64,000 nt of DNA from Desulfobacterales bacterium (GTDB taxonomy: Bacteria > Desulfobacterota > Desulfobacteria > Desulfobacterales > UBA5852): the NCBI GenBank assembly GCA_963674755.2, contig CAXXVS010000002.1, forward strand, positions 160,001 through 224,000, read 5' to 3'. Position 1 is the stretch's first letter, and each line of letters opens with the position of its first letter. Below the pieces are notes generated by a model. It was given only the letters and a program-made list of their open reading frames with translations, had not been told where the DNA came from and did no database searches. Below, one piece after another: positions 19,002 through 28,921 of the stretch. Both the position numbers and the translations under genes were made by a program.

Positions 19002-20430
19002 AGCCAATGCCATTCCCGGCATCGACATCCTGTGGAGCATCCGCCCCGAGGCGCTTTCGGCCCTGGACGCGGCCATGGAGCGCTTCCGATCGGGCGCGGC
19101 CGACATCGAGGCCCTGACGGCCGCCGCTGAGGACGAGCGCGACGACTACCGCCTGCGCGACGGGGTGGCGATCATCCCCGTGACGGGGGTGATGCGCAAG
19201 CGGGCGAGCTGGTGGGCGACGTTTTTCGGCGGTGCGGCCGGCACCGTGGCCCTGGCCGAAACGGTCACGGCGGCCCTCGAGGACCCGGACGTGGAGGCCC
19301 TGCTTCTGGACATCGACTCGCCCGGCGGCACGGTGAGCGGCACGGAGGCCTTCAGCGACATCATCTATGCGGCCCGGGAGCAGAAGCCGGTGGTGGCCTT
19401 CGGCAACGGGCAGATGTGCTCGGCGGCCTACTGGGCGGGGAGCGCGGCCGATCGGGTGATCGTGGAGCGCACGGCGGACGTGGGCTCCATCGGGGTGCTT
19501 TGCCTGCATGCGGACTGGAGCAAATTCGACGAGCGCATGGGGGTCAAATACACGATCCTGCACGCCGGCGAGTTCAAGGCCGTGGGCAACGACGTGGAGC
19601 CGCTTTCTGACCGCGACCGCGCCATCATCCAGGCCGAGCTGGACACCATCTACGCCATCTTCATCGACACCGTGGCCAGGAACCGCGGGGTGGATGCCGA
19701 GACCGTGCGCAAGGATATGGCCGAGGGCCGCGTCTTCATCGGCCAGGCGGCCGTGGAGGCGGGACTGGCCGACGCCGTGGGCAATTTCCAGGACGCCCTG
19801 GACGCCGCCCGGGAGCTGGCCGAGGAGGCCTACACCGCGCAGACGCGCATTTATCAACCCTATTCAGGGGCGCTGTCCCCTGGGAAGGAGATCTCCATGA
19901 CTGGCAAGACCAAACCGACAGGGGATGCTCCCAGAACCGCCGACGAGCTGGCGGCCGCCTTTCCGGAGCTGGCCGAAGCGCTGCGGCGGCAGGGGGCAGA
20001 ATCCATCAACCAGGAGGCGATCCGCGCCGAGGGGGCCCAGGCCGAGGCCGAGCGCCTGATCGGGCTCGTGGGCGTGCATTTTGGCCAGGCCGCCGCGGAG
20101 AAGTTCCAGGCCATCGCGGCCACCGGGATCACGCCGGACCAGTACAAGGCCACGGCCGGCGACACGGCTCCGGGATTGTCCCACGCCATCGAGGAAGCGG
20201 CCGGCATCGAGGCCAAGAAGAAGGAGATGCTGGCGGCCATCACCGCGGCCGGCGCGTCCAACCCGGGCAGCGGGACGGAAGCACCGGGCGGGGAGGACAA
20301 GGACTTCCTGGCCCTGGTGGAGGAATACCGCGCGGCAAACAAGTGCGGCAAGGCCGAGGCCCTGCAGGCCGTGATCAAGTCGCACCCCAAGGCCCATGCG
20401 GCCTACCTCAAAAGCGTGAACGCCCACTAA
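18988..20430 (+). CDS. S49 (SppA-like) prohead protease with C-terminal scaffold region (gpC/Nu3-like)
   Basis: DIDSPGG, CSAAYW, VGSIGV, AGEFKAVGN motifs; internal RBS and ATG at 19897. Confidence 0.88.
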   Translation: MPSNKANAIPGIDILWSIRPEALSALDAAMERFRSGAADIEALTAAAEDERDDYRLRDGVAIIPVTGVMRKRASWWATFFGGAAGTVALAETVTAALEDPDVEALLLDIDSPGGTVSGTEAFSDIIYAAREQKPVVAFGNGQMCSAAYWAGSAADRVIVERTADVGSIGVLCLHADWSKFDERMGVKYTILHAGEFKAVGNDVEPLSDRDRAIIQAELDTIYAIFIDTVARNRGVDAETVRKDMAEGRVFIGQAAVEAGLADAVGNFQDALDAARELAEEAYTAQTRIYQPYSGALSPGKEISMTGKTKPTGDAPRTADELAAAFPELAEALRRQGAESINQEAIRAEGAQAEAERLIGLVGVHFGQAAAEKFQAIAATGITPDQYKATAGDTAPGLSHAIEEAAGIEAKKKEMLAAITAAGASNPGSGTEAPGGEDKDFLALVEEYRAANKCGKAEALQAVIKSHPKAHAAYLKSVNAH

Positions 20431-20500
20431 GCCGCCGGGCGGCGGTTTTCTCTCATTAACGACCGGCTGCGCGACAGCCGGATGACGACGGAGGCACATC

Positions 20501-20866
20501 ATGGGTTGGAACGAAGGGAAGAAAACGTTCAAGGCCGGCGCGGCGATCGAGGCCAGACGGCGGGTGAAGCTGTCCGCCGGGACCACCACAACGCCGCCCG
20601 AGGTCGAGCATGCCGGTGCTGGCGAGGATTATATCGGCGTCAGCGAGTACGCCGCGCCAACCGGGGAAGATGTATCCGTGCGCCTTAAAAACGCGGACGG
20701 CACGTTCGAGGTGGAATGCACGGTGGGCGCGGCCATCGCGATTGGCGCCAGCCTCTACGGGGCGGCCGACGGAAGAGTCAGCGACACCGTGAGCGGCACG
20801 GCCCAGTTCACCGCCCTGCAGGCGGCCGGCGCCAGCAACGAGCATATCGAGGTCCTTCCGGTATAG
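20501..20866 (+). CDS. Capsid decoration/cement protein
   Basis: 121-aa Ala/Gly-rich protein between protease and major capsid; GGAGG RBS. Confidence 0.65.
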   Translation: MGWNEGKKTFKAGAAIEARRRVKLSAGTTTTPPEVEHAGAGEDYIGVSEYAAPTGEDVSVRLKNADGTFEVECTVGAAIAIGASLYGAADGRVSDTVSGTAQFTALQAAGASNEHIEVLPV

Positions 20867-20911
20867 GCCGGGCGGATGAAACCTTTTTCCCATTAAAAGG
20901 AGAATCGCATC

Positions 20912-21913
20912 ATGAGACCCACAAGCGGATCTGCCGTTTACCGGCCGGACCTCGGCATCGCGGTAATGGAGTTCACCGAGGGGCCGACCATGAACTACAT
21001 CGGCCTGGAACTTATGCCGCTTTATCCCACGGCCAAAGCCGCATCGAGCTATCCGGTGATTCCCAAGGAAGCCTTGCTCAAGCTTATGGATGTGAGCCGC
21101 GCGCCGCGCGGAACTTACAACCGCGACGATTTCGAATACGAGCGGGGCGTGTACCAGACCGCTGAAAAAGGCACCGAGGAGCCCATCGACGATTCCGAGC
21201 GCGACATGTTCGACGAGGAAAGCCAGGGGCTGTGCGAAATGGTGGCCACGAAGCGGGCCTGGAACCGCATCCTGCGCGGGCAGGAGTATCGGATCAAAAG
21301 CAAAATCCAGGATGCCGCGCGCTTTACGGCGCACAATCTCGGCACGGAGTGGGACAAGCCGGAAACGGCCACGCCCGTGGACGACATCAACGACGCCGTG
21401 CTGGCCTTCCGCACGCAGTGCGGCATGCTGCCGGATGTGCTGCAGATCAACTACAAACAGATGATGAAGGTCAAGCGCTGCGACCAGGTGATCGACCAGC
21501 TGAGCAGCACGTTTCCCGGCCTCGATATCAATGCCCTGACCGCCGCGCATCTGGCCCAGATCTTCAACGTGCCGCGCGTGCTGATCGGCGGCTCGGTCTA
21601 CGATTCCTCCGGCAAGGGCGTCGACACCGTCGTGGCCGACATCTGGAGCGACGAGTACGCCAGCCTGATCAAAATATCGGACCGGCTGGACCTGATGGCG
21701 CCGGGCCTCGGCCGCACCTTCCTGTGGACGGCCGACAGCCCGCAGAATCCCATCGTGGAGAGCTACCGCGAGGAGAAGATCCGGAGCGACGTGCTACGGG
21801 TGCGCCACAACGTGGACGAGCGCCTGCTGGCCAGCTACGACGACAACGGCGCCGTGGTGAGCGACATCGCGGCGGCCTGCCACTACCTGATCGGCAACGT
21901 GCTCACCGTATAG
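20912..21913 (+). CDS. Major capsid protein
   Basis: 333 aa, AAGGAG RBS, WDKPETATPVDDI motif typical of gpE-like capsids; synteny. Confidence 0.8.
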   Translation: MRPTSGSAVYRPDLGIAVMEFTEGPTMNYIGLELMPLYPTAKAASSYPVIPKEALLKLMDVSRAPRGTYNRDDFEYERGVYQTAEKGTEEPIDDSERDMFDEESQGLCEMVATKRAWNRILRGQEYRIKSKIQDAARFTAHNLGTEWDKPETATPVDDINDAVLAFRTQCGMLPDVLQINYKQMMKVKRCDQVIDQLSSTFPGLDINALTAAHLAQIFNVPRVLIGGSVYDSSGKGVDTVVADIWSDEYASLIKISDRLDLMAPGLGRTFLWTADSPQNPIVESYREEKIRSDVLRVRHNVDERLLASYDDNGAVVSDIAAACHYLIGNVLTV

Positions 21914-21985
21914 GCCGCAAGACAGGGGCGGGGCACATGACGACCGCCTCGGGGACAGCCCGGGGCGGTTCGGGAGCGAGAACCC

Positions 21986-22363
21986 ATGATTGATCCCAGC
22001 AAGGTGTTCACCGAGGAACAAAAGGCGGCTATCGATACGATCCTGGCGGCCGGCTTCGAGGCGTTCGCGGACACGAAGATCCAGGACACCCGCGAACTCG
22101 GCACGGGAAAGCGCCGCCGTACCTGGCGCCACCGGCGGCGCTACGCCATGGTGCTGGCGCTGAAGAACATTCCGCCCGAGATCGAGGCCGTCGCGGAAGC
22201 GCCGGCACCGGTCAAGCCGCTGGAGGAGATGAACAAGGCCGAGCTCCTCGAGACGGCCAAGGACTACGACCTGGCGGTGCCATCCACCACGAACAAGCCC
22301 GAGATCCTGGCGGCCGTGAAAGCCGCCCGGGCCCGGCGCGAGCTGATCCACCGGAAGTTCTAG
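21986..22363 (+). CDS. Phage protein with C-terminal Rho-N/HeH-like motif (gpFI position)
   Basis: LEEMNKAELLETAKDYDL...KPEIL; position after capsid gene. Confidence 0.5.
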   Translation: MIDPSKVFTEEQKAAIDTILAAGFEAFADTKIQDTRELGTGKRRRTWRHRRRYAMVLALKNIPPEIEAVAEAPAPVKPLEEMNKAELLETAKDYDLAVPSTTNKPEILAAVKAARARRELIHRKF

Positions 22364-22370
22364 GGCCGCC

Positions 22371-22679
22371 ATGGGCATCTTTAGCGACAATCGCGGTGTC
22401 TGGGAAGGCGTCTTTGAGCGGATGGCCGAGACCGTGACTTACAACGGGATGGACATCCCGGGCTCGGTGACCTACGGCGAGGATCTCGCCACCCGGGCGG
22501 GCCGGCCGGGGATGATGGCCGAGGCCGAGCTCGAGGTGCTGAAACGCGACGTGCCGGCGCCGGTCTACCGCGACACGGTGCTGATCGACGGGGCCGCCTG
22601 GCGGGTGCGGCACGTGATCACCGGCGACGAGTGGGGCTGGCGGCTGGCGATCTCCAACGACGAGAGGCTTGCGCGATGA
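22371..22679 (+). CDS. Head-tail joining protein (gpFII-like)
   Basis: 102 aa beta-rich, DTVLIDGAAWRV; synteny. Confidence 0.6.
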   Translation: MGIFSDNRGVWEGVFERMAETVTYNGMDIPGSVTYGEDLATRAGRPGMMAEAELEVLKRDVPAPVYRDTVLIDGAAWRVRHVITGDEWGWRLAISNDERLAR

Positions 22680-23311
22680 GGCTGGCCTACACCATCAAGG
22701 GCATCCGCCAGCTGCAGAAGGATCTCGAGGCGGACACCAGGGAGAAGAAAAAGGCCCTGGAGACCGCCATCAAGGTGGAGGGCTTCCGGCAGCTCAGGCT
22801 CCTGCGGGAGCAGATCCGGGCCGGGGAGCCGGGTGCCAGGCCCTATGCCGCCAAGCTAAGCCGGATCGCCGCCCATACCAAGGCCGGCCGCCTGCGCAAA
22901 AACCAGGCCCCGCTCTATAAGCTGGCCCGCCTGCTGCGCTACGTGGTGACCTACGAGAACGGCGCCCTGTCCTTCCGCTTCGGGTTCGTCAGCGGCGGGG
23001 GCGGAGCCTTCCAGACCGGATTCTGGAAGCGGCTGATCATAAAGCATCAGGCCTCGGCCGAGGTCAATTTCAGTGAAATCCTCTACTCCGGCAGCCGCAG
23101 CGAGCTGGGCCGGCGCCTGGCCCGGATCGGCGGCCGCCTCAAGAAGAAGGGCGACCCGGACGCCAAGTTCTTCTTCCTGCGCCGGGAGACCGGGCGCGTC
23201 AAGCTGCCGGCCCGACCCATAATCGCGCCCTTCTGGGACCGGTACCAGGACGAGGCGGCGGCCAACATCCAGGCCAATTGGGCCCGCAAACTGAGAGGGG
23301 AGCGCATCTAA
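22676..23311 (+). CDS. Tail completion/neck protein (gpZ-like)
   Basis: Basic protein with LPARPII motif; ATGA overlap; synteny. Confidence 0.55.
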   Translation: MRLAYTIKGIRQLQKDLEADTREKKKALETAIKVEGFRQLRLLREQIRAGEPGARPYAAKLSRIAAHTKAGRLRKNQAPLYKLARLLRYVVTYENGALSFRFGFVSGGGGAFQTGFWKRLIIKHQASAEVNFSEILYSGSRSELGRRLARIGGRLKKKGDPDAKFFFLRRETGRVKLPARPIIAPFWDRYQDEAAANIQANWARKLRGERI

Positions 23312-23782
23312 ATGGGCAACGTCACCGATCTGGCCCGGCAGTGCCTGAACGCCGTGGCGGCCGATGCCGCCGTGCAGGCCTTCTGCCAGCAGTCCTACGG
23401 CCAGGGGCCCAGCCTGATCCACGGGATCGACCCGGAAAACCCGCCCGGCCAGGGCGCCTACCCCATCGTGGCCGTGACGGACGCGGTGCGCAGCACCAGC
23501 CTGGCCCGCAACGCGGAGGAGTACACCCTGGGGTTTCTGGTGGCCGTCAACAACGAGGCCGTGACCACCACCGGCGGGCTGACGACCTACCAGGGCATGG
23601 CGGAGGCCGGGGACCTTTCCGAACTGGTGGAGGCCGCCGTGGTCGGCATGCTGCGCCGCCGGTTCCCCAGGATTTCCCTCGAGACCGAGACGGGCGTCGA
23701 GAGCGACTACCCGCTTTTCGCGGGTTTGATCACCATCACGGCGGCCGCGGCCGGATCGAGCCGCGCGCCCCTTTACCGATAG
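23312..23782 (+). CDS. Tail terminator-like protein (gpU position)
   Basis: 156 aa acidic, YPIVAV; precedes tail tube. Confidence 0.55.
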   Translation: MGNVTDLARQCLNAVAADAAVQAFCQQSYGQGPSLIHGIDPENPPGQGAYPIVAVTDAVRSTSLARNAEEYTLGFLVAVNNEAVTTTGGLTTYQGMAEAGDLSELVEAAVVGMLRRRFPRISLETETGVESDYPLFAGLITITAAAAGSSRAPLYR

Positions 23783-23809
23783 GCGACACACCACAAGGAG
23801 GAAATTGTC

Positions 23810-24769
23810 ATGTTGGGATCCGATACCAAAAACATCCGCTACAACGGCACCGGCCGGGTCTACATGGGGGAGGTGGGCGGCCTCAGTTTCGTCGAGATCG
23901 GCGAGCTGGAAAACCTCGCCTTCGGCCAGACAGCCTCGACGGAAAAGCTCAAATCCAACCGCCACGCCGCCCGGGCTACCATCCTGGAGGTCGACCAGGA
24001 GCGCGAGGCCACCCTCAACCTGGGGCTGCGCGAGCTTTCCGAGGAGAACCTGCAGGTGGCCTTCCTGGGCAGCGCCATCAACGTCGACAACCAGGCCGCC
24101 GGCAACGTTTTCCAGACCGTGCCGGCCTATGTCAACGACCGCTTCGTCGACCTGGGCAAGCTCAACGTGTTCGTGACCAGGATCACCGGCGCGATCGTCG
24201 GCTCGCTGGCCGTGGGCGACACGGTCACCGGCGACAGCTCCGGCGCCACGGCCGACATCGCCTTCGCGGGGGCGGGCTTCGTGGTCCTGGTGAACCTCGC
24301 GGGCACCATCACCCCCGGGGAGCAGCTGGAGGAGACGGCCGACACCAACTACATCACGGTCACCTCCATGGAGAAGCTGGAAGACGTCTGCGTCGCCGAC
24401 GCCGCGGGTGCCGTCCTGCGCGCCCAAGGCACGGACTACTCTCTGGATCCGGACTACGGCATGCTGCGCAAGCTCTCCACGGGCGGCATGGCCGACACGG
24501 ACGTGGTCTCCTTCGACCACGAAGCCGTGAACCGCAAGTACGTCCACGGCATGAGCTCGGGCAGCGTGGAGAAGAAGATCATCGTGGTCACGGACAAGGA
24601 CGACATCGGCCCGCGCCAGCGCTACACCTTCCACAAGGTCAAGCTCGCCATGAACGGCGACATGCCCCTGATCGGCGACGGGGTGGCCGCGCCCACCCTC
24701 CAGGGCTCGGTGATCGAGGACAGCTCCCAGCCTGCCGGCCAGGGCTACTACAAAGCCGAAATGATGTAG
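23810..24769 (+). CDS. Major tail tube protein
   Basis: YNGTGRVY..IGELENL N-terminus, GTDY insertion; AAGGAGG RBS; followed by terminator-like hairpin, chaperone and tape measure. Confidence 0.75.
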   Translation: MLGSDTKNIRYNGTGRVYMGEVGGLSFVEIGELENLAFGQTASTEKLKSNRHAARATILEVDQEREATLNLGLRELSEENLQVAFLGSAINVDNQAAGNVFQTVPAYVNDRFVDLGKLNVFVTRITGAIVGSLAVGDTVTGDSSGATADIAFAGAGFVVLVNLAGTITPGEQLEETADTNYITVTSMEKLEDVCVADAAGAVLRAQGTDYSLDPDYGMLRKLSTGGMADTDVVSFDHEAVNRKYVHGMSSGSVEKKIIVVTDKDDIGPRQRYTFHKVKLAMNGDMPLIGDGVAAPTLQGSVIEDSSQPAGQGYYKAEMM

Positions 24770-24833
24770 GATAACCGCCTGCGATGAAACCGGCCCGGCC
24801 CGCTGCGGCCGGGCTTTCTGAAGGAGAAAACCG

Positions 24834-25178
24834 GTGCCGAAGAAGAAAGAGATCGAAGTGAAAGGCAAGAAGCTTACCGCCCGGGAGCTCACCGCGGCCC
24901 AGATTCGCGAGTTGCTGGACACCAACGGCGAGGGCGACGCGGAAGAGGTCAGCATCGTCGATATCCTCTACCCGGACAAGATCCCCTGCGCGGCGGCGGC
25001 CATGAGCATCGGCAAGACCAAGGCCGCCCTGGAGAAGATGGCGCCCAGCGAGCTGGACCCCATCATGGAGGCCGCGACCGAGGTAAACCCTTCTTTGGCG
25101 GCCCTGATCGCGCGTCTGGCCAAAGTCGGGGCCGCCGCCCTGCAGGCGAAATCCTCGACCGATGCGTCTGCCGTCTGA
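24834..25178 (+). CDS. Tail assembly chaperone (gpG-like), probably with -1 frameshift extension to 25282
   Basis: Between tail tube and tape measure; -1 frame open from 25085 to TGA 25280-25282 encoding CRLIMLGHHNAWDYCWGFF. Confidence 0.7.
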   Translation: MPKKKEIEVKGKKLTARELTAAQIRELLDTNGEGDAEEVSIVDILYPDKIPCAAAAMSIGKTKAALEKMAPSELDPIMEAATEVNPSLAALIARLAKVGAAALQAKSSTDASAV

Positions 25179-25278
25179 TCATGCTGGGCCACCATAACGC
25201 CTGGGACTACTGCTGGGGGTTCTTCCTGACCGCCCTGGACGAGGCCGTCAGGACCCCTCCCCCCGCAACGGACGAATC

Positions 25279-28200
25279 ATGACCGATCCCAAACTATCCA
25301 TCACCCTGGGCGCCAGGGACGAAGCCTCGCCCGAGGTTCAAAAGCTCAAGCGGGAGCTCGAGACCCTGGGCAAGATAAAGGCCTTCGAAAAGCTCAAGCG
25401 CGACACGGCGGCCGCCGAGCGTGAGTGGCGCGCGGCCCAGCAGCGGGTGGCCGAGATGGCCCGCGATATGAAAGCGGGCGGGGCCGCCACCCGGAAGATG
25501 GCCCAGGAGTTCGAGCAGGCCAAGCGCCAAGCCACGTCGCTCAAGCAGGCCTATCTCGCCAACCGAGACGGCCTGCAGGCCATGCGCCAGTCGCTGGCTT
25601 CGGCAGGGGTGGACACCCGGCGCCTGGGCGATGCCCAGAAGCGCCTGCAACAGTCCACCCGGGAAGCCCAGAGGGTGCTCGCGGCCAAAAGCCAGCTCAA
25701 GGTGGCCCCCTACCGTGAGGTGCGCGCCGAGATCGGGCGCCTGCGCGCGGCCTATGACACGCTGAAGAAATCCGGCACCCTCTCCACAGCCGAGCTGATC
25801 CGCGCCAAGCGCGAGCTGCGGCGGCAGACGGCGGCGCTTAAAGCCGAGACCGGCGGTTGGACGGCTGCCATCGGCAAGGCTCATGCGGCGCTGCTGGGCA
25901 TGGCCACGGCCGGCTACGCCTTCATCCAGTCCTTCCGGAACTACAGCCAATTCCGCCAGCGCATGGCCGAGATCGACACCATCGCCGACACCAGCCGGGA
26001 ACGCATGGGGCAGCTCTCGGACGAGATCCGAAGGCTGGCCTTGGCCATCCCCCAGACGGCTGGCGAGCTGGCGGCGGCCGAATACGACATCATTTCCGCC
26101 GGCGTATCCCTGGAAAAATCAACCCGCACCCTCGCGCTATCATCCAAGGCGGCCGTGGCCGGCGTGACCGACACCAAAACGGCCGCCAACACCGGTATCA
26201 GCGTCATCAACGCCTACGGCAAGTCGATCGACGAGTTGGACGGGGTTTACGACATTCTCTTCCAGACGGTGAAGAGCGGGGTGACCACTTTCCCGCAGCT
26301 TGCCCAGAATATCGGCGAAGTGTTGCCCACGGCCCGGGCCGCGGACGTGCAGTTCCAGGACGTGGCGGCCGCGATCGCGGCCATGACCAAGGCCGGCATC
26401 CGCACGCCCCAGGCCGCCACAGCGCTCAAGGGCGCCATCAACGCCATGGCAGCGCCGGCGCCCGAGGCCCGCAAACAGTTCGCGGCGCTCGGCATCACCT
26501 GGCAGGGGCTCATCCCGACGCTGGAGCAGATCCGGCAGAAGAGCCTTTCCATCGACCAGCTGCGCCTGCTCATCCCGGACGTGGAAGCCCGCACGGGCGT
26601 GCTGGCCCTGACCCAGAATTTCGAATCGCTCGAGGAGATCCTGGGCAAGATGGACACCGCCGCCGGCGCGATGCAGAAGGCCTACGACAAGATGAAGGAT
26701 ACGCCGGAAAACCAGATCAAGCTGCTCAAGAACGAGTTCACCGACATGCTCTTTTCCGCCTCCGCCCTGGCGGCCGAGGGGCTGATCCCGCTCTTCAAGG
26801 CCCTGCGCTGGGTGATGGACGGGATGCGCGAGATGGACACCCCCACCAAGATCACCATCGCCACGCTGCTGGCCGCCGGGGTGGCCTTTAAGCTGTGGAA
26901 AGTGGGCCTCGGCGACATGGTGCTCGGCATGATTCAGGCCGCCCGCCAGATGGGGATTACCGGCGCGGCGGCGGGCGTCATGTCAAACGCCTGGCAGGCA
27001 GCCGGCCTGGGGATGAAGCTGGCCTTCGCCGGCGTGGTGGCCTTTACGGCCGTGCAGCTGGTCCGCCTGGGCAAGGCCATCTATGAGGCCAAGAAGGCGG
27101 GGGATACCGCTCGCCAGGCCGCCGAGCGGGCCGCGGCCGCCAACGACAAGGCCGTCGACAGCCTGTCGCGCTGGAAGGGCGTGACGGTCCCGGACGACAT
27201 CGCCGGCCGTGCGCCTGAAGAACTCGAGGAGCTGCAGGATCATCTGTGGCGCGCCCGGCTCTACTACCAGCAGCTTGTGCAGCAGATGGAGCGCACGGGC
27301 GACCAGAAGGGGCTGGAGGAGGCCAAGAAGCGCCTGGCCGAGGTGCGCAAAGGATTCGAGCAGGTAAAAGCGGCGGTTTCCGCCACCGCCGAGACAATGG
27401 AAAAGCCCGCCGAGGCCGTCATGGCCACTACCGAGCAGCTCGACGAATTCGAGAAGAAGGCCAAGGACGCCTACCAAAACGCCAAGGCCGAGGCCGAGAA
27501 ATACGCCGCCGAGATAGAAAAGATAAACCGCCGCATCGCCGAGCGGCAGGTCGACACCGAGGACAAGATCCGGGAGCTGAAGCGGGCGAATCTTTCCGAC
27601 GACGAGAAGATCGCCGACATCCGCCTTGAGGCCATCGAAAAGTTGCAGGCGGCCCAGCAGGAGCTGTCCAAATACCAGGCCGAGGACTCCGACCAGGCCC
27701 GGGACAACGCCAAACGCTTCTTCGACGACGCGGCCAGATTGTGGGAGCAGTACGCCGGCCAGGGCGAGGACGCCACCAGAGAGGCGATTTCCGGCCTCGA
27801 GGACATCAAGAAAGGCCTGGACGCTCTGGACACCACCGAGATCGGCTGGATCCAGAAGATGAAGACCCAGGCCGAGGAGATGGCCGCCACCATCGAGCAG
27901 CAGCTCGAGCAGCTCACCCGCGACCGGGAGGCCAAAGTCACCATCGAGCTGCGCCGCCTCGAAGAGGCCCAGGCCGCCATCAACGATCTTACCCGTGATG
28001 AGACCAAGCATATCTATGTCACGGTCCACCAGCGAACAGTTGAGGAAAACGCCGCAGGGGGGGCTGGCCGGATCCGGGCGGTTCGCTCGGCGCTCCGGAA
28101 AGCTGGCCGGATATGGCGGCGGGGACCGCATCCGGAGCCTCCTCGAGGCCGGCGAATACATCATCCGCAAGGAGGCGGTGCAGAAGTACGGGGCCGGCCT

Positions 28201-28465
28201 CTTTCACGCCTTGAACGGCATGCGGCTGGCCCTGCCGGACGTGGCCGGCATGGTGCGCGCCCGGCTCGGCGGCCTGGTGGCAGGGATTCAGATACCGGCA
28301 ATGGCGGCCGGGGGACTCGCAACGCCGACCGAAACCATGATCCTGGACCTGCGGGCCGGTGGGGTGTCAGCGCCCATGCGGGTTGTGGGCAGTCGACAGA
28401 CCGTGCGCGCGGCGGTCAAGGGCCTCGAACAGGAGCTGGGGCGCATGCGCCTCAGCCACCGGTAG
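25279..28465 (+). CDS. Tail tape measure protein (TP901 family), frameshifted at G7 run 28057-28063
   Basis: TP901-type core (AEYDIISAG, GVTTFPQLA, ATALK); conserved C-terminal GGGDRIRSLLEAGEYIIRKEAV lies in the alternative frame ending 28465. Confidence 0.85.
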
Positions 28466-28474
28466 GAGACGGCC

Positions 28475-28921
28475 ATGCCGCATAAATTCGCCATTTACTC
28501 CACCGACATCGCTGCCACGCTGACACCCTCCGAGGCGGATCCGGCGCCGGCCACCCTGGTGGAGCTGGACCAGGACCCCACCCTGGGGGGCGAGTACGAT
28601 CCCGAGGCGGGCCAGGCCGGGCGCGGCAGCGTGATCCCCACGGTCGGCGGGGCGGTGTTCCAGGAGTTCCCGTCCAGGCTTTCCGACCAGCGCATCGCCT
28701 TCTCCGACACGGACGCGCTCGAGGAGGACACGGTGGAGGCCCTGCGCACGCTGTTCACCACGGGCGGGGAGTGGTTCTTCACGGACGGCTACAACTGCTG
28801 GCGGGTACGCTTCCTGCGGCCGGACGGCCTGAAAGTGCGGCGCAATCTGCTGTGGAGCTATCACGGCGCGCCGCGCTGGTCCTATGAAATCACCCTGGTG
28901 CCGGTGGAGGCCATGCTTTAA
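28475..28921 (+). CDS. Putative distal tail protein
   Basis: 148 aa directly after tape measure; AGGAG RBS. Confidence 0.5.
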   Translation: MPHKFAIYSTDIAATLTPSEADPAPATLVELDQDPTLGGEYDPEAGQAGRGSVIPTVGGAVFQEFPSRLSDQRIAFSDTDALEEDTVEALRTLFTTGGEWFFTDGYNCWRVRFLRPDGLKVRRNLLWSYHGAPRWSYEITLVPVEAML

